Source: Pyrinomonadaceae bacterium
Lineage (GTDB): Bacteria; Acidobacteriota; Blastocatellia; Pyrinomonadales; Pyrinomonadaceae
Reading direction: 5' to 3'
Length of the DNA: 64,000 bases
Assembly: GCA_046313635.1 (NCBI GenBank)
Contig: JBKBYA010000004.1
Location: 64,001-128,000, forward strand
Shown: positions 1 through 9,750 of the stretch, in pieces
Layout: each line of letters begins with the position of its first letter
Numbering within the stretch: position 1 is the stretch's first letter
Notes under the pieces: model-generated
What the model saw: the letters and a program-made list of their open reading frames with translations, nothing else
What the model was told of the DNA's origin: nothing
Database searches by the model: none
Translations under genes and position numbers: made by a program

Positions 1-68
1 ATGAATCGGGAAAGAACGCGACCCGTAGTGGAGTGCTCACAACTCAACCTTACAACAATTGCCGGCAA

Positions 69-866
69 CTAGCGGAGCGGCCGCCGCAGCGTAAGAGAGA
101 GGCCCACCGCGATCAGCATCAGAACCATCCCGTCCACGCCCCAGAATCGCAGCAGCTCGATCCTCCGGCCGCCGCCGTACGTCCAAAACACCTTGTTCGT
201 CACCGCCCAGCCGATCACCTGCGACAACACGCCGAATGCCGCGAGAGAAGCGAGAGTCGCAAAGGCCCGGCGTCGGCGCACCATTCCGGCGATCTCGTCG
301 GGCACAAAGGCGACGAAATCAAACACCAGCCGAGGCAGTCTGACGATGTCGCTAAGCAGCGAGCGGCTCTCGCGCTCGCCGACGATCAGTACGTTGCGGC
401 GCATTATGTAGAGCGCAAAGAGCGACGAGAAGAGCGAGACGCAGATCGAACGAACGATGGCGATGTCGGTGTGGTCGTTGGTCGCCGTGACGTGAACGAA
501 CGTCCACTGTACAAAGTACTCGAGCAGGTGGCTCAAGAGCGGAACGACGAGCAGTATCGACACCATCGCCTTCCACACGGGCTCTACGCGCCTGAACTCC
601 TGGATTAGAGCGCCCGTCAATCCGGCAAAAAAGAATCGAAACACGAACTGCAGCAGTGCGGCGCCGACGGCGAGCTTCAGGCTCTCGCGGCCGATGAGGT
701 AGGTGATGAAAAAGATCGGTGCACGCAGCCCGCCGCTGAGAATGGCGCCCTTGTAATTCCAATGCCTGATAAAGAGGCCGGGGTCTCCAAGCAGATTGGC
801 CCATGCGTCTCGAATGGTGTTGGGCGGGCTGACAGCGGGGATCTCGTCGAAAGTGATTTCCTTCAT
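69..866 (-). CDS. hypothetical integral membrane protein
   Basis: 265 aa ORF with several hydrophobic helices; downstream of and co-oriented with the PHP-like gene. Confidence 0.75.
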   Translation of the reverse strand: MKEITFDEIPAVSPPNTIRDAWANLLGDPGLFIRHWNYKGAILSGGLRAPIFFITYLIGRESLKLAVGAALLQFVFRFFFAGLTGALIQEFRRVEPVWKAMVSILLVVPLLSHLLEYFVQWTFVHVTATNDHTDIAIVRSICVSLFSSLFALYIMRRNVLIVGERESRSLLSDIVRLPRLVFDFVAFVPDEIAGMVRRRRAFATLASLAAFGVLSQVIGWAVTNKVFWTYGGGRRIELLRFWGVDGMVLMLIAVGLSLTLRRPLR

Positions 867-922
867 TTAACTACGATGCCGGGTGATAAAAGGGCCTTGT
901 GTCAGATCTGCCGATAAAACTC

Positions 923-945
923 AAAGGCGGGTACGCCCGCCTTTT
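923..945. terminator. intrinsic terminator-like hairpin
   Basis: AAAGGCGGG-TACG-CCCGCCTTTT just past the stop of the 979..2205 gene. Confidence 0.55.
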
Positions 946-978
946 CGTTCGCAGATCATTGATGTGACGCGAAGCGGG

Positions 979-2205
979 TCAGGCCGTTTCAGACGCAAGC
1001 TCGTGGGTGAGATCGCTCACGTCCGGCCGCTCAAATCTGGCCTTTGCGATGTCTCTCGGAACGCGGTCGACCGGCTTTCGCGTCAGCCGAAACACGGGCC
1101 GTGCCGCCGGGCTGCCGAGGACGCCCAGCGTCCAGATCGCCGCTCTCAGCCAGGTCGGTCCGCCGCGCTTCCAACCGTGCGTCGAGAGCGAGACGATCCC
1201 CTTGCCGTCGCCGATGTCAAAGAAAACGCGGTCAAACCAGCGCCGGCGGTGCTCCTCAAATTCCGGATAGTTCTTAAGGATCTGCGCAAACGAATGCAGC
1301 TGCCGCGACGCAAGCGGATACTCGTACTCGGGCATCAGCACCACCTGGCTGCGCTTGTCGACGCGGATCTCCTCGACAAACTCTTCAAAGGTCGCGGCGT
1401 CGGTAAGATTGATGACCGTGTTCGGGCTGCAGCCGTGGCGATCGCCGCCGGTCGCGATCGGAATGCCGAGAGCCTCGGCCATCTCGATCACCGCCTTGTT
1501 CTCCGACCAAGTTCTGAAGCCGTTGATCTCGAATGCGTGGATCCAGCGGCCGTGAAGGCGAATAAAGTCCTTGAGCAGCGCCTCGTGTCGCTCCTGGCCG
1601 ACCATCTCGATGTCCCACAGCGGATGATTGAGTATCACCAGCACCTCGGGCATCTCGTTGAGCATCGCAAATACCTCGGCGAGGCGCTCGTTGTTGTGGT
1701 TCTCCTTGTTAAAGGTGTAGTCGAGCAGCGACCGCGTGATCTCGCCGGCGCGGTCGGGCGGCAGATTATGCACTCCGACGTGAAAAAACCCGAATTCGAA
1801 GGGAACGGTCCACTCCATCGAGATCGGTGCCCGTTCGCCTTTGTTCGCGGCGTTGACCTGCAGATTGGCGTCGATCGCGTCGTGGTCGGTCAGCGAGACG
1901 AGCGGGTTGAGGCCTGCATTCGAGATCTGTTCTTTTTCGATCTCGTAGACCTGATGCGCGTTGAGCGGCGGCGACCAATAAGCCGTCGAAAAATCGATCC
2001 CCTTTCCCTCGCGCGCGAGGTACTTTGCCTGTTCTTTTTTCCAGTAGTAGGAGATTATCGGGAGCTTTTCGGCGTAATGCGGGACAAAGTCCAGCATCTC
2101 TTTTGAATGTTCTGTGTGGCAGTGGAGAGAGACGCCGGTCCTTGCCTTGGCCGACAGATCCTCGTGCCGGCGCAAAATGTGCAGTCGCGTCTGTTCTAAG
2201 TTCAT
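979..2205 (-). CDS. PHP-domain-like metal-dependent phosphoesterase
   Basis: PHP motifs SLHCHT, LTDHD, MEW, LNHP, GGDRH; ATG 2205 chosen (TTG 2217 is an alternative). Confidence 0.75.
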   Translation of the reverse strand: MNLEQTRLHILRRHEDLSAKARTGVSLHCHTEHSKEMLDFVPHYAEKLPIISYYWKKEQAKYLAREGKGIDFSTAYWSPPLNAHQVYEIEKEQISNAGLNPLVSLTDHDAIDANLQVNAANKGERAPISMEWTVPFEFGFFHVGVHNLPPDRAGEITRSLLDYTFNKENHNNERLAEVFAMLNEMPEVLVILNHPLWDIEMVGQERHEALLKDFIRLHGRWIHAFEINGFRTWSENKAVIEMAEALGIPIATGGDRHGCSPNTVINLTDAATFEEFVEEIRVDKRSQVVLMPEYEYPLASRQLHSFAQILKNYPEFEEHRRRWFDRVFFDIGDGKGIVSLSTHGWKRGGPTWLRAAIWTLGVLGSPAARPVFRLTRKPVDRVPRDIAKARFERPDVSDLTHELASETA

Positions 2206-2481
2206 CTCTGTCTCCAAGATCAGGGCCGAATCAAAGTGAATACGCTATCAAATAGGCATTCGATTGTAAACGCGTAAGATGTCGGCGAATGCCCGGAGTG
2301 TTGCAGCCTTAAATCGGGGATCGCAGCCCCGGGATCGGCGGCGAAAATGATATCACGAAGGCAGCGGCAGCAAGGGCCGAAAGGTTCATAAAAAATATGT
2401 CACAAACACCGGCGACGCGGTGTTTTATCGCATAGAAACGCGGTTAATTCGCATCCACGTCGTAATGATCAGGAGTTCTTT

Positions 2482-4332
2482 ATGAGTTGGTTATATTCCC
2501 TTGTCTTCGCCGGTATGCTCTTTGCGGGCGGGCCCGATCGGCTGCCGTCGGCAGCGGTCACGAATGTCGCTTCGCCTGCGCCGGCGGCCTCGCGCGACGA
2601 GACCGAAAGGATAGAGAGATCGTTTGCGATCAGCCCGAACGGCCGGGTGAGCGTCGCCAACGTGAACGGATCGATAACGGTCAACGCATGGGACCGCAGC
2701 GAGGTCCGGATCGTGGCTATCAAATCGGCCGACACCAAGGAGCGCCTGGCCGACGTAGAGATCAAGATCGACGCCCGGCCCGACCGCGTTGCGATCGAGA
2801 CCGATCACGGCCGCAACGGGCAGGTCTGGCGACAGGCCGATCGTGTCGTGGTCGATTATCAGATCGACGCCCCGCGCGGAGCGGTACTCAACGAGATCGA
2901 GACCGTCAACGGCTCGGTGACGGTGGCCGACTTTACGAATGTCGTCAAGATCTCGACAGTGAACGGTTCGGTCAAGGCGACCAATCTGCGAGGGACCGCG
3001 AGCCTGTCGACCGTGAACGGCGAGGTCGCGGCCGACTTTGACCGTCTCGAGCCGGCGAGCAAGGTCAGCCTCAGCAGCGTCAACGGCCGCGTGAGCCTCA
3101 CCATTCCCTCCGATGCCAATGCGACCGTCAAGGCCGATTCGGTCAACGGTCCGATCAGCAACGATTGGGGGCTGCCCGTCCGCAAAGGTCAGTATGTCGG
3201 TCGCGACCTCTACGGCCGGATCGGGTCGGGAGAGGTCCAGATCAAACTCGACAGCGTCAACGGCCCGCTCGCGATAAAGCGCCGCAGTGACGGGCGTTCG
3301 CTTAGTCCTGCCACCAATCTTCTCAATCAAAAGCCGGCCGATGACTGGGACGACGAGGCGGTCGCGGGCGGCGTCGAGCCAGGCGCGGTCGTCAGCGCGA
3401 GAGAACGCGCAAAGCTGCGGTCCGAAATAAGAAAGGCCCAGGCCGAGGTCAGACGCGAGATGGCCAAGGTCGATCGCGAAGCCCTCAAGCAGGCCGCCGC
3501 CGTGCTTGACGATAAAAAGATCGGCGAGCAGATCAGGGCCGGGCTCGAGCAGCAGCGCGCTGCGCTGGCCGGCGTCCGCGAGGCGATGTTCGCACCGGGC
3601 GTGCCGCGTGTCGTGTCAAAAAGCGGGACGTTTGCCGTCAAGGGAGTGCCGAAGATAACGGTCGAGGCCAAGGGCTGCTCGGTCAGGGTCAGGGGCTGGG
3701 ACAAGCCGGAGGTCAAGTATGCGGTCACACAGTACTCGAGCCGGCCAACCGGCGCGCCGATCAACGTGAGTGACCAGCATTCTGACTCGGCAGTTACGAT
3801 AAAGGTCCTGAATACGGCAGTCGAAAGCCCTCTCGGCGTGGGTCAGAGCGACCTGACAGGCACGCGGGTCGACGTCTTTGTACCGCGGCGGAGCAATCTG
3901 AAGATAAGCTCCGACGGCGAGATCCGTCTTGACGGAGTGACGGGCGACATCGAGGTCGCCGGGACCAACGAAGCGATCAATATCCGCGATTCGGGCGGCA
4001 AGCTGACGCTGTCAAATGTCGACGGCATCGCGAGGGTTGTCGGCTTTACCGGCGATGTCGAGGCCCGCAGCTCGGACGGCGATATCTATCTCGAAGGCGA
4101 TCTTTCGTCGATCGACGCGCGCTCGGGCGACGGTGAGGTGATCCTCACGCTCCCCGAGAGCGCGAATCTAACCATCACTTCAAATACCGAAGTGCGGAGC
4201 GAAGGCCTACGGCTCGTCCGCAGGGAAGATGCCGCATGGCAGCTCGGCACCGGCGTCGGTCCAAAGTACAGATTCAATTTTAGCGAGGGCAGACTTGTCG
4301 TCAGAGGACTCGGACTGCTAGCGTCTAATTAG
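2482..4332 (+). CDS. DUF4097 (adhesin-like beta-strand repeat) secreted protein with two repeat blocks and a coiled linker
   Basis: Signal-like N-terminus; repeated TVNGSV/SVNG and SSDG strands. Confidence 0.8.
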   Translation: MSWLYSLVFAGMLFAGGPDRLPSAAVTNVASPAPAASRDETERIERSFAISPNGRVSVANVNGSITVNAWDRSEVRIVAIKSADTKERLADVEIKIDARPDRVAIETDHGRNGQVWRQADRVVVDYQIDAPRGAVLNEIETVNGSVTVADFTNVVKISTVNGSVKATNLRGTASLSTVNGEVAADFDRLEPASKVSLSSVNGRVSLTIPSDANATVKADSVNGPISNDWGLPVRKGQYVGRDLYGRIGSGEVQIKLDSVNGPLAIKRRSDGRSLSPATNLLNQKPADDWDDEAVAGGVEPGAVVSARERAKLRSEIRKAQAEVRREMAKVDREALKQAAAVLDDKKIGEQIRAGLEQQRAALAGVREAMFAPGVPRVVSKSGTFAVKGVPKITVEAKGCSVRVRGWDKPEVKYAVTQYSSRPTGAPINVSDQHSDSAVTIKVLNTAVESPLGVGQSDLTGTRVDVFVPRRSNLKISSDGEIRLDGVTGDIEVAGTNEAINIRDSGGKLTLSNVDGIARVVGFTGDVEARSSDGDIYLEGDLSSIDARSGDGEVILTLPESANLTITSNTEVRSEGLRLVRREDAAWQLGTGVGPKYRFNFSEGRLVVRGLGLLASN

Positions 4333-4340
4333 TCGCACGG

Positions 4341-4376
4341 GACGGCGGGGTGTAGATATCGCCCCGCCGTCTTTTT
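4341..4376 (+). terminator. intrinsic terminator
   Basis: GACGGCGGGG...CCCCGCCGTC followed by TTTTT. Confidence 0.75.
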
Positions 4377-4377
4377 G

Positions 4378-4403
4378 TGAAACTTTGTGGCATTTCTCTC
4401 GTT
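4378..4403 (+). promoter_or_regulatory. candidate ECF sigma promoter
   Basis: TGAAAC-N16-CGTT, close to the SigW-type consensus TGAAAC-N16-CGTA, 40 nt before ATG 4443. Confidence 0.4.
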
Positions 4404-4442
4404 CTTGTCACAGCGATCGGAACCCCTATTCATGCGTGAAAT

Positions 4443-7001
4443 ATGAAGCTGTTATTCAAATTCCTTGCACTAATACTGCTCTGCCTGCCGGCATCGGCTC
4501 AGACCGCCGGACCAAACCGCGATACGGTCGATGAAAGATCGCCGTCAAATTCAGGGCTTGTCGAAACCAAGACCGCCGGCGACGGCGAGCGACGCGGAAG
4601 CGTCGTCGTTCCCCCTGAAAAGGCAAGACCGATCTCGATCCCGAAGTTGTCGATGCCGATCACGATCGACGGTCGTCCCGATGAGGAGGTTTGGAAGCAG
4701 GCGGCCGTCTTCAAAGATTTTTACCAGACCAGTCCGGGCGACAACATCGCCGCCTCAAAGCCGACCGAGGTCTATATGATGTACGACGAAAAGCACCTGT
4801 ACATCGCCTTCAAGTGCTGGGACGAAAAAGATAAGATCCGCGCCACGATCGCCAAGCGCGACGACGTCTTTGGCGAGGACAACGTTCGCATCTGGCTCGA
4901 CACCTACAACGACCGGCGACGCGCCTACATTCTGGGCTTCAATCCGCTCGGCATTCAGCAGGACGGCATCTTTACCGAAGGCCGCGGCGCCGATTTCTCG
5001 GTCGACATCGTGATGGAATCAAAGGGCGTGATCGAGGATTGGGGCTGGTCGGTCGAGGTCAAGATACCGTTCAAGTCGCTTCGCTACGCCGCGGGAAAAG
5101 GAAAGTTTTGGGGCTTTAACGCGGCACGGAATATCGATCGGCTGAACGACGAATTTGACCAGTGGATGCCCGACGATCGAAACGTTTCAGGCTTTTTGAT
5201 CAAGCACGGGAGGATCACCGGTCTCGACGAGATCAAGTACGAGCGCACGCTCGAGGTCGTGCCGAGCGTCACGCTGCGCGAGACCGGCAGGCGATTTCGT
5301 GCGCGAGAGGTGGCCGGCGGCCGCTTCGTCAATCAGCCGATCAAGCAGGACATCGGCGTCTCTGTGAAGTACACGCTCTCGCCGAACGTCACGTTGGACG
5401 CGACGTACAATCCGGATTTTGCGGAGATCGAGGCCGACGCTCCGGTCGTCACGGCCAACCAGCGCTTTCCGATCTTTTTTGAAGAGAAGCGTCCGTTCTT
5501 TCTCGAGGGCGTCGAGATCTTTCAGTCGCCGCTCCAGGTCTTTTACTCGCGGACGATCGTCGACCCCGAGTTTGCGGCGAAGCTGACCGGCAAGACCGGC
5601 AAGACGTCGTTCGGCTTTCTCGTCGCGTCGGACAAGGCTCCCGGCAATTACGAGGACGACGACATCAACGATCCACAGCGATTTGCGCGCGTCGGCGAAT
5701 TTGTCGACAAGAGCGCGCTCTTCGGCGTGCTCAGGCTCAAACGCGACATCGGCAAAGAGAACAACGTCGGATTTTTTGCGACGTACCGCGGCTTTCCCGA
5801 GCAGCGCAATCTGCTCGGCGGCTTCGACGGGCGATTCAAGATAAACAGCAAAACGGTCTTCCAGTTTCAGGCCGTAGCGTCAAACTCGCGCCGATGCTTC
5901 TTTGATCCGGCGTTCGAGCCTTCGCTCGATCCCGCGCAGCAGCGGCGCAATCAGGAGATCTGCGGCGGCGGCTACAACGGCGGCATCTTTTTGCCGGGCA
6001 GCAGCTACCAGCGTTATCGAACGGGCAACGGCGTCGCGTACTTTGCAAACTGGGACTATACCGAGGAGACCAAGGGGTGGACCGTCGAGATCGGCGGACG
6101 ATCGCGGGACTATCGTTCGGACGCCGGATTTACACGGCAGACAAACACTAATTACGTCTTCGGCGGCTTCCGCCTGAGCACGAAAACCAAGCCCAAGGCT
6201 CCGATCATTCGAGCGAGCTGGTTTAACAACGCCAGCATCAATTACGACTGGCAGGGCCGCTCGCAGGGGCTTGAATGGGGAACGAATCTCAACCTGAGTT
6301 TCCAAAATAACGCGTCTCTCAACATCAACGCCGGCATCGCCTACCAGCGGGTCTTTGAGGAGGAATTCGGTCTCAAGCGAATGCCGACCCGGCCCGCCTC
6401 CGGCGCGTTTTACGGTAATTCGGAGCGAACGGCATATCCGGCCTGGATGAGCGCGAGCTTTAATAAGCAGGTTAACAAAAAGGTGCGGTTCAACGTCTTC
6501 GTCGGAACGATCTTTAACAATATGGACTTCGATTTTGGCGCCGGTCGCGCTTTTCCGCGGGTCAGCCCCGCGGCGCTCGCGGGCGCGTCCCAACTCGATC
6601 CAGGCCCGGCACAACAGTACGATTTCGGCGTCGGCGCGGAATACAAGCCCATCAATCCACTGCGGATATCGTTCAGCTACAGAAAGAGCCGGCTCGTGCG
6701 GGACGACACAAAGCTCGAGGCGTTTGACTCAAACATCGCCACGCTGAAGTCGACGTATCAGTTTACGCGGTTCTTATTCACTCGCGTGCGGCTCGACTAC
6801 GATTCGATCTCGTCGAACGTGAAGGGGCAATACCTTTTTGGCTGGAACCCGAATCCGGGCACGGCGTTCTACGTCGGCTACAACGACGACTTTAACTACA
6901 ACGGCTTTAACCCGTTCACGTCCGAACGCGAGCCGCGGTACGCTCTCAACAGCCGCACCTTCTTTATCCGAGCGTCGTATCTTTTCCGCAAGAGCCTTTG
7001 A
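4443..7001 (+). CDS. CBM9-like / DUF5916 outer-membrane protein
   Basis: Signal peptide; IDGxxDExxW and EVKIPFKSLRY (CBM9-like); NPDFAEIEAD...EKRPFFLEG; beta-barrel-like C-terminus. Confidence 0.8.
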   Translation: MKLLFKFLALILLCLPASAQTAGPNRDTVDERSPSNSGLVETKTAGDGERRGSVVVPPEKARPISIPKLSMPITIDGRPDEEVWKQAAVFKDFYQTSPGDNIAASKPTEVYMMYDEKHLYIAFKCWDEKDKIRATIAKRDDVFGEDNVRIWLDTYNDRRRAYILGFNPLGIQQDGIFTEGRGADFSVDIVMESKGVIEDWGWSVEVKIPFKSLRYAAGKGKFWGFNAARNIDRLNDEFDQWMPDDRNVSGFLIKHGRITGLDEIKYERTLEVVPSVTLRETGRRFRAREVAGGRFVNQPIKQDIGVSVKYTLSPNVTLDATYNPDFAEIEADAPVVTANQRFPIFFEEKRPFFLEGVEIFQSPLQVFYSRTIVDPEFAAKLTGKTGKTSFGFLVASDKAPGNYEDDDINDPQRFARVGEFVDKSALFGVLRLKRDIGKENNVGFFATYRGFPEQRNLLGGFDGRFKINSKTVFQFQAVASNSRRCFFDPAFEPSLDPAQQRRNQEICGGGYNGGIFLPGSSYQRYRTGNGVAYFANWDYTEETKGWTVEIGGRSRDYRSDAGFTRQTNTNYVFGGFRLSTKTKPKAPIIRASWFNNASINYDWQGRSQGLEWGTNLNLSFQNNASLNINAGIAYQRVFEEEFGLKRMPTRPASGAFYGNSERTAYPAWMSASFNKQVNKKVRFNVFVGTIFNNMDFDFGAGRAFPRVSPAALAGASQLDPGPAQQYDFGVGAEYKPINPLRISFSYRKSRLVRDDTKLEAFDSNIATLKSTYQFTRFLFTRVRLDYDSISSNVKGQYLFGWNPNPGTAFYVGYNDDFNYNGFNPFTSEREPRYALNSRTFFIRASYLFRKSL

Positions 7002-7032
7002 TCCGACTCTTTTGATGCTCCTCCTTGCTGAC

Positions 7033-7605
7033 TCAGGCAGCGGCCCCGGACGGTCGCTGCCCTTTTTGTCTTACCGACGCCTTCAAGATCAGGGCACAGG
7101 TGTCGGCGTGAGTTATCTCGCCGCTCAAGACCATTTCGACGGCCTTCTCAAGCGGCATCGTGATCCGCCGGATGTCCTCGGTCGATTCGCTCTCGGGCTC
7201 GCCGAAGTGCAGGCCGCGGGCGATGAACAACTCGGTCGACGAACGGCAGATCGCCGTCATCACCTCGATCCGCCCGAGCGAGACGAGCTCGTCCGCCTCG
7301 ATGCCGAGCTCCTCTTTCGCCTCGCGGTGTGCCGCGTCGAGAGACGTTTCGTTCCCGTCGATCGAGCCGGCGATCGCCTCGATATTGTCGCGCTCGAGCG
7401 CGTACCGGAACTGCCGCGTCAGATGGATCCGGCCGTCGTCGTCGATCGGCAGCACAGCGACGCCCGGCTTGAGATCGATCGTCGCGTATTTGCCGTCGCG
7501 GCCGTCGGGCTCGACGACGTCGTCTTCGTTTACGGTAAAAAAGTCGTTCTCAAAAACGACCCGCGTACCTCGTTTGATCCAGTCCCCGATCTTCTTTTCG
7601 GTCAT
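7033..7605 (-). CDS. NUDIX hydrolase (ADP-ribose pyrophosphatase-like)
   Basis: Nudix box GSIDGNETSLDAAHREAKEELG. Confidence 0.9.
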   Translation of the reverse strand: MTEKKIGDWIKRGTRVVFENDFFTVNEDDVVEPDGRDGKYATIDLKPGVAVLPIDDDGRIHLTRQFRYALERDNIEAIAGSIDGNETSLDAAHREAKEELGIEADELVSLGRIEVMTAICRSSTELFIARGLHFGEPESESTEDIRRITMPLEKAVEMVLSGEITHADTCALILKASVRQKGQRPSGAAA

Positions 7606-7769
7606 TCAGCGTCCCCCGGCTCGTTTGGTCAAAACGTTTGAATTGAGAATAACATTGGGGCATTTGCCGCTGTGGAAAAAAGTTCTTGTAAATATTCAGC
7701 CGGCCATGTATAAATATAAGCCGACAAACCGTTTCTTACCGCTTTTCACCCGTCATAAATGGAGGTCAA

Positions 7770-8795
7770 ATGAAGTTAGCTAAAGGTTTATTGAGCCTTG
7801 TCCTCGCACTTTCGCTCGGACTCATATCGTTCGTTTCAATTCCGCAGATCACGGTCCACGCACAGGACGCCAACGCCGCGCTTCAGCGCGGCTACCGCAC
7901 AGGATATTCCGACGGCTATATGGCCGGCTACCGCGACTCGATCGACAGTCTCTCTAAGGACCACACGCGTCACAACGATTACGCCGCCGCCTCGCGCGCC
8001 TATAACAAAGACTACGGTTCGCTCGAGGATTATCGTGACGGCTACCGGCAAGGCTTCGAGGCGGGCTACGACACAGGCTTCGAAAAGCGGGGCTTTGACT
8101 CGGCGGTCCCGGCCAACTTGACGAGACGGGCAGACGTGCCGTCGTCGTCGACTTCAAACATACCGGCGCCTGTCGAAGCGGGTCAGCCGGCGGCGCCGAC
8201 GGTCGAATCTCCGCTTCAGCAGACGATCAGTTATCGTCCGGGCGGCAATGACGGATCGATCGTCATCCCGAAGGACGCCGAGCTCATACTCGAGCTGCAG
8301 GAGAACCTCTCGACGAGCGTCAATCGCGAGGGCGACAAATTCACCGCAAGGGTCGTCTCGCCGGTCGAGCTCAGCGGAGCGATCGTCGAGGGCCACGTCA
8401 ACAAGATCACCAAGCCCGGACGGATCAAACGGCGTTCGGAATTGGCGCTCTCGTTTGACCGCATCGTTTTGAGCGATCAGCGCTGGAGCAACTACAGCGG
8501 CACGCTGACCGAGGTGATGGCCGTCAAGGGCGACAACATTCGCCGCGTCGATAACGAAGGGACGGCGATCGGCAAGAGCACGATCAAACCCGATGCGGCC
8601 AAGCTCGGGGCCGCGACGGGAACGGGCGCCGTGGTCGGCGCGGTCGCCGGCGGACCGGTCGGCGCCGCGGTCGGCGCGGGCATCGGAGCGGCGTTCGGCG
8701 TCGGAGCGGTCGTCGTCGAGCGTGGCAAGCATATCTCGCTCAACGCAAACCAGCAGCTCCGCGTGCGGACGGCTTACGAGACCCGGATCAGATAG
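7770..8795 (+). CDS. secreted protein with GYxxGY repeats and C-terminal glycine zipper
   Basis: GGAGG RBS; signal peptide; GYRTGYSDGYMAGY; GAATGTGAVVGAVAGG. Confidence 0.75.
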   Translation: MKLAKGLLSLVLALSLGLISFVSIPQITVHAQDANAALQRGYRTGYSDGYMAGYRDSIDSLSKDHTRHNDYAAASRAYNKDYGSLEDYRDGYRQGFEAGYDTGFEKRGFDSAVPANLTRRADVPSSSTSNIPAPVEAGQPAAPTVESPLQQTISYRPGGNDGSIVIPKDAELILELQENLSTSVNREGDKFTARVVSPVELSGAIVEGHVNKITKPGRIKRRSELALSFDRIVLSDQRWSNYSGTLTEVMAVKGDNIRRVDNEGTAIGKSTIKPDAAKLGAATGTGAVVGAVAGGPVGAAVGAGIGAAFGVGAVVVERGKHISLNANQQLRVRTAYETRIR

Positions 8796-8824
8796 ACCCT
8801 CGGCAAGTGTTCAACTAACGAAGC

Positions 8825-8859
8825 CCGCGGCCCTCTCGTTGAGAGCGCCGCGGTTTTTT
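8825..8859 (+). terminator. intrinsic terminator
   Basis: CCGCGGCCCTCTC-GTT-GAGAGCGCCGCGG followed by TTTTTT. Confidence 0.7.
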
Positions 8860-8874
8860 ATGGATAATCGCGGT

Positions 8875-9657
8875 ATGCCGGTCGTCGCGCTGCTTACCGA
8901 TTTTGGGACGAGCGACTACTTTGTCGCCGCGATGAAGGGAAGGATACTGTCGATCGCTCCGTCGGCGCAGATCGTCGACATCACTCACGACGTGCCGCCG
9001 CAGGACGTGCGCGCGGCGGCCTTCATTCTTCGCTCATGTTATAGAGATTTCCCGGCAGACACCGTTTTTGTCTGCGTCGTCGATCCGGGCGTCGGCTCGG
9101 CCCGGCGTGCGCTCGCAGTTGAGTTCGACGGCCGGAAGTTTGTCGCGCCGGACAACGGTCTGCTGACGTTCATCCTAAAACGCGGCGGGGCCGCAATACG
9201 CCATCTGAACAACACGGAACTGTTTGCCCCGAGCATCTCGAGCACCTTTCACGGCCGCGACGTCTTTGCGCCGGCGGCGGCGCATCTTGCATTGGGTGTC
9301 GCGATCGAAGACGCCGGACCGGCCGTGGACGGTCCGGCCCTGCTCGCCGAGCCTGAGCCGAGTATTTCTGACGACGGCCGCGTCATCGGTCAGGTCATCC
9401 ACATCGACCGCTTTGGCAATCTCGTCACCAACCTGCTTCCCGCGCTCCTGACCGATGGCTCAGAACTGCGTGTCAGCGGGCGGACGATCTCGCGATTCGT
9501 CGATCATTACGCCGAGGCAGATCCTCTCGAGGTGATTGGCATCACAGGAAGCGCGGGGTTGATCGAGATATCATCCAATATGGGCTCCGCGGCCGACCTG
9601 CTCGGCGCTCGCGTCGGCGACGAGGTCGTGCTGACAGGCGGAAAAGTCGCCGAATGA
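8875..9657 (+). CDS. SAM hydroxide adenosyltransferase family protein (DUF62)
   Basis: LLTDFG, VVDPGVG, APDNG, STFHGRD, IDRFGN; ATG 8875 (8860 is an alternative). Confidence 0.85.
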   Translation: MPVVALLTDFGTSDYFVAAMKGRILSIAPSAQIVDITHDVPPQDVRAAAFILRSCYRDFPADTVFVCVVDPGVGSARRALAVEFDGRKFVAPDNGLLTFILKRGGAAIRHLNNTELFAPSISSTFHGRDVFAPAAAHLALGVAIEDAGPAVDGPALLAEPEPSISDDGRVIGQVIHIDRFGNLVTNLLPALLTDGSELRVSGRTISRFVDHYAEADPLEVIGITGSAGLIEISSNMGSAADLLGARVGDEVVLTGGKVAE

Positions 9658-9750
9658 CGTGCGAAAGCGGGCATTCGGCTTGTCAGCGATTCGGCCGTTA
9701 GATAAAATCTCCTTTGCACTAAATTTAAGAAAATACAGGATAAAACATCA

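Noticed and set aside
8863..8877. General leaderless-mRNA pattern (GATAAT 6 nt before ATG)
   Set aside because: Plausible for this gene, but I could not find enough consistent cases in the window to claim a pattern.
8875..9657. Fluorinase/chlorinase (halogenase)
   Set aside because: TFHGRD with His fits the common SAM hydroxide adenosyltransferases, and there is no biosynthetic cluster nearby.
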